The notes beneath the pieces are model-generated. The model had not been told where the DNA came from and ran no database searches. It worked only from the letters and a program-made list of their open reading frames with translations. From Marinobacter sp. (lineage in GTDB: Bacteria > Pseudomonadota > Gammaproteobacteria > Pseudomonadales > Oleiphilaceae), in contig JABURI010000152.1 in assembly GCA_014762755.1 (NCBI GenBank), positions 592 through 64,591 on the forward strand: a DNA stretch of 64,000 nt, read 5' to 3'. The translations under genes and the position numbers were made by a program. Below, one piece after another: positions 60,741 to 64,000 of the stretch; within the stretch, counting starts at the first letter, position 1, and every line of letters begins with the position of its first letter.

Positions 60741-61052
60741 ATGACAATCACCCAGGCACTGGAGCAATCCCAGCCGGACCTCGTCCGTCGTCTGACCGCT
60801 GCCATCCGGGAGCAGCAGCTCAACCAACGCGCAGAACAAACCTACCTGCACTGGATTACCCGTTTCGTACTGTTCCACGATTCCAAGGACCCCGAGGCTC
60901 TGGAAACCGAGGATCAGCAGCAGTTTCTGTGCTACCTCAGCGAGGGTATGCGGGTTTCCCGGGCACGCCTGAACCAGGCCAGGCAGGCGCTGGCATTTTT
61001 CTATGAAAAGGTTCTCGGCAAATCCGAAATGAGTGGCGTAGCCGCGGCCTGA
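60741..61052 (+). CDS. Stand-alone tyrosine-recombinase N-terminal (SAM-like, integron-integrase-type) domain
   Basis: IR.....RAEQTYLHWITRFVLFH...P......FL.YL.....VS....NQA..ALAFFYEKVL; stops before any catalytic domain. Confidence 0.75.
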   Translation: MTITQALEQSQPDLVRRLTAAIREQQLNQRAEQTYLHWITRFVLFHDSKDPEALETEDQQQFLCYLSEGMRVSRARLNQARQALAFFYEKVLGKSEMSGVAAA

Positions 61053-61063
61053 CAGGTCGCCCC

Positions 61064-61513
61064 TCAGCGTTCGATCAGGTTGGTGTTGAGGGTATCGTAG
61101 GTGCGGTTTTCCGGTGGCCGGATCACGTAGTTGTTGCTGTGGGTCTGGCCCGGTACGGACTTGGGATTGCTGAAGCGGATATTCACCGGAATCTCCGAGC
61201 GCCCCAGGTCCGTTCGCTCATCCCGCGGCTGAAGGGCCAGCGGGTCCAGGTAGAAATCGTCGTCGGACCGCGGCTTGACCGCCACACCCTCGGCGGGCGC
61301 TGCCAGTCCACCCTCGACAACCGTGTTGGCCAGGGCATCTTCCTCAATGGAACGCAGGGGAATGGTGTCGATGGTGGAGCGCTCCTCGTAGATGAACGCC
61401 TCGCCCTTATCTCCGGGAGCCTCACCGTCAGATTGACTCAAAGCGGCACCCGATGCTGCGGCCAGAACCAGAAATCCCGCCAGCAGCGCAATCCCTCGTT
61501 CAAAAACGTGCAT
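61064..61513 (-). CDS. Hypothetical secreted protein
   Basis: Signal-like N-terminus and acidic, low-structure body; GGAG before ATG 61513. Confidence 0.6.
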   Translation of the reverse strand: MHVFERGIALLAGFLVLAAASGAALSQSDGEAPGDKGEAFIYEERSTIDTIPLRSIEEDALANTVVEGGLAAPAEGVAVKPRSDDDFYLDPLALQPRDERTDLGRSEIPVNIRFSNPKSVPGQTHSNNYVIRPPENRTYDTLNTNLIER

Positions 61514-61647
61514 CTCCAACTTGTGAAAAACCATCTCCGCATCCCCGGTCGACTATCCTGTCCCGGCCACATAATGTGACAATTTTTGAACAGTCTAGCG
61601 ACATATCACCAAAGATGTTGGATCAGACGACGGGAATGTGACGTTTT

Positions 61648-62163
61648 TCACTTGTCTCCAGGGGCCGATCCGTAGTGGATCGCGGTGATGAACACCGATT
61701 TGAATCCCTCCGGCGTCCGCACGCTGACTTCATCATCCAGATGCTTGCCAATCAGCGCCCTTGCCATGGGTGAATTGATGCTGAGATAGCCTTTGCTCAG
61801 ATCAAACTCGTCCGCGCCTACCAGCCGGAAGGTCTGCTCCTTGCCGTCCTCGTCCTCGATGGTCACCCAGGCACCAAAAAAGACCTTGTCCCGCTGCTCC
61901 GGCAGGCGATCCACCACCGTCACTTCCTCCAGGCGCTTGCTGAGAAAGCGAACTCGCCGGTCGATCTCGCGCAACTGCTTCTTGCCGTAGATATACTCGG
62001 CGTTTTCCGAACGGTCGCCGAGCGCAGCCGCCTCACGCACCGCCTGGGTCACCTGCGGGCGCTTTTCCTTCCACAGGTATTGCAACTCTTTGCGAAGCGC
62101 CTGCTCGCCTTCCGGCGTGATATAGCGCGGCCTCGGGCCGCCGTTACCGGATGCCTGACTCAT
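61648..62163 (-). CDS. greB: Transcription elongation factor GreB
   Basis: YITPEG, LGDRSENAEYIYGKKQLREIDRRVRFL, VFFGAWV, SPMARAL. Confidence 0.95.
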   Translation of the reverse strand: MSQASGNGGPRPRYITPEGEQALRKELQYLWKEKRPQVTQAVREAAALGDRSENAEYIYGKKQLREIDRRVRFLSKRLEEVTVVDRLPEQRDKVFFGAWVTIEDEDGKEQTFRLVGADEFDLSKGYLSINSPMARALIGKHLDDEVSVRTPEGFKSVFITAIHYGSAPGDK

Positions 62164-62206
62164 TTCCGTGTGATTCCTCTATCTCGCTGGCCCGGGAAGC
62201 GGCCAT

Positions 62207-62231
62207 AAAAAAACCCCGTAAAAACGGGGTT
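62207..62231 (-). terminator. Intrinsic terminator about 45 bp upstream of greB, same strand
   Basis: Minus strand AACCCCGT-TTTT-ACGGGG followed by seven T. Confidence 0.75.
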
Positions 62232-62460
62232 AAGGCTAGCGCTGTGCTGGAGGGAGAAGCAAGCGGTTGCTACCGCTCCTTCCTGTCTACAATGCCCATT
62301 CTCCACACATCACATTACCCTGCTGTGGCCAGCGAATTACCTTTTGGACAGGGTTTGACCAACCCTGAATTAGGTTGCACAGCCTAGATGAACGGCGTTA
62401 GCGTTCTGGTAATAACGTTTTCTATCGACTGGATAATTGGATACTGACGGAGATCCGACC

Positions 62461-62742
62461 ATGAACACAGAAAAACTCATGCAGCTGGCGCTCAATGGCG
62501 TTGATACGCTGGGCTACCGGCTGGATCAGCTGGGCGTGACCAGCAAGATCAATCGCCACAACCTGGCTGCTTTCCTGTTTGCCGAGCAGAAACACTGGGA
62601 AGGCGAGTGGGACAGCATCCAGGCAAAAGTGGACCGCCGTCGTTCACAGTTCGAACACCTGGCGCATACGGTCGAAACCCGGGCGGATGCCGTGTTCGGT
62701 CCGGTCCGTGACCGTTTCAACCGGTTCCGCGCCAACCAGTAA
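62461..62742 (+). CDS. Small helical hypothetical protein
   Basis: GGAG RBS before ATG 62461; host-like codons; coiled-coil-like; ends adjacent to the convergent kinase stop. Confidence 0.65.
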   Translation: MNTEKLMQLALNGVDTLGYRLDQLGVTSKINRHNLAAFLFAEQKHWEGEWDSIQAKVDRRRSQFEHLAHTVETRADAVFGPVRDRFNRFRANQ

Positions 62743-63999
62743 TCAGTGGCCGGAGGTCTCGGCCGGTGCCTTGGACTCCGAGCCGGCCGCTTCCCCCGAT
62801 TCTGCCTGGGTTGCCTTGATCCGTTTGCGGGCAGCCGTGAACGCCGGCATCCGGACCGTAACGGTCAGCCCAGGTGCCTCTTCTCCGGGGTAGGTGTCGC
62901 TCAAAACAATCTGTCCCTTATGGATTTCTGCTACTGCGCTGACCAGACTCAGCCCCAGCCCATTACCGGGCAGTGACCGGCTCTTACCCACGCGGTAAAA
63001 ACGCTGGAAGACCTGATCCTTTTCATCGTCGGGAATGCCGATGCCGCTGTCCTGAACCTCGAAGATTGCCTCGTTCCCATCGCGCCTGACCACAATCCCG
63101 ATCCGGCCTTTTTCCGGCGTGTACTTGATGGCGTTATCAATCAGGTTGCTGATCATCTGGAACAGCAGATCCCGGTCTCCCTCGATCATCACACCCTTGG
63201 CCAGGGATTGCTCGAACTGCTGCTCTTTGTCTTCCGCCAGCGCCTCGTAGAGTTCGCAGGCATCGGACACCAGCTCGTCCAGGGAAACCACTTTCATGTC
63301 GGCGGCATTGCCCCGGGTCTCCAGACGGGCGATACGCAGCAATGCGTTGAAGGTGGCCAGTAACTGGTCCGCCTCGGCAACCGCCTGGCCGACATGCTCC
63401 CGGGCTTCCTCGTCGTTCACCGTGATCAGGGTGTTTTCCAGCTGGTTGCGAAGTCGGGTCAGGGGCGTGCGCAAGTCATGGGCTATGCTGTCGGAGACAT
63501 GGCGAATACCTTCCATCAGGTACACGATCCGATCCAGCATCTGGTTGAGGTTTTCTGCCAGCTGGTCGAAATCATCGTCCGTGCCCCGGGTGGGGATGCG
63601 CAGGGAGAGGTGGCCGTTCATGATCCGCCGGGAGGTGTTATTGATCACCTCGATCCGCCGGGTGGTGCTGCGGCTCATCAGGAAACCACCAAGCAGGGCC
63701 AGAGCCAGGGTAATGCCCATGCCCCAGTTGATGGCGGTTTCGATCACCCGCTTGAGATTAGTGAGCTCATCCACATCCCGGCCCACCAGCAGGCGCAAAC
63801 CGCCCTGGACCTCGAAAATCCGGGCACGGGCCAGGCGTTCAGGCCCGGTCCAGCCCACGGACTCGTTCAGGGTAAAATTGATCCAGCCGCTCTCTGATCG
63901 GCTCCCTTCCGGCCAGGCCTCAATATTGCCGGCCAGCTTGAGGAAGTCGTCGGTGGTCAGCAGGTAGATGGATTTGGCGTTGGGGTCCCGGGCCACCCG
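62743..63999 (-). CDS. Sensor histidine kinase (TM-HAMP-HisKA-HATPase), 5' end outside window
   Basis: IAHDLRTPLTRL, NLIDNAIKY, DSGIGI, FQRFYR, GNGLGL. Confidence 0.93.
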   Translation of the reverse strand, partial: RVARDPNAKSIYLLTTDDFLKLAGNIEAWPEGSRSESGWINFTLNESVGWTGPERLARARIFEVQGGLRLLVGRDVDELTNLKRVIETAINWGMGITLALALLGGFLMSRSTTRRIEVINNTSRRIMNGHLSLRIPTRGTDDDFDQLAENLNQMLDRIVYLMEGIRHVSDSIAHDLRTPLTRLRNQLENTLITVNDEEAREHVGQAVAEADQLLATFNALLRIARLETRGNAADMKVVSLDELVSDACELYEALAEDKEQQFEQSLAKGVMIEGDRDLLFQMISNLIDNAIKYTPEKGRIGIVVRRDGNEAIFEVQDSGIGIPDDEKDQVFQRFYRVGKSRSLPGNGLGLSLVSAVAEIHKGQIVLSDTYPGEEAPGLTVTVRMPAFTAARKRIKATQAESGEAAGSESKAPAETSGH

Positions 64000-64000
64000 C

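Noticed and set aside
60741-61052. Integron or prophage integrase marking a mobile element
   Set aside because: No catalytic domain, att sites, cassettes or phage genes nearby.

Overview
A high-GC gammaproteobacterial chromosome segment. Gene content and repeat types suggest a Marinobacter-like marine organism (inference). 1-26.8 kb is largely housekeeping and envelope: TatD fragment, Na/Pi symporter, SBP plus diguanylate cyclase, LysO, acnA, an ABC exporter, a B-box/TPR membrane protein, a rhomboid, a proteobacterial dedicated sortase locus (sortase, VIT-vWA target, response regulator, kinase), plsC, mgsA, trxC and cysK. About 26.85-39.8 kb is a lower-GC accessory block and the most interesting part. 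It holds a small GTPase of the MglA/ATP_bind_1 type, three roadblock-like proteins, a partner protein and two paralogous fusions of an ABC-type ATPase to a CX5R phosphatase with no permease. Alongside are a FIST-PAS-degenerate GGDEF-EAL protein and a 2Fe-2S/truncated-globin/Cys4 fusion. Two near-consensus FNR-type boxes precede the block. Together these suggest an O2/NO/redox-linked G-protein and phosphatase signalling module (hypothesis). A secreted purple-acid-phosphatase-like protein closes the block. 40.6-60.1 kb is a Vibrio/Aeromonas-style T6SS core operon (tssBCEFG-tagH-tssJKL-clpV-vasH-vasI-tssA-tssM) lacking hcp, vgrG and PAAR, with a GGA-hairpin inverted-repeat element just upstream of vasH. 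The end carries ACBP, a stand-alone integrase N-terminal domain, greB with a candidate upstream sRNA, and a partial sensor kinase. All calls come from motif recognition by eye; no database search was run.
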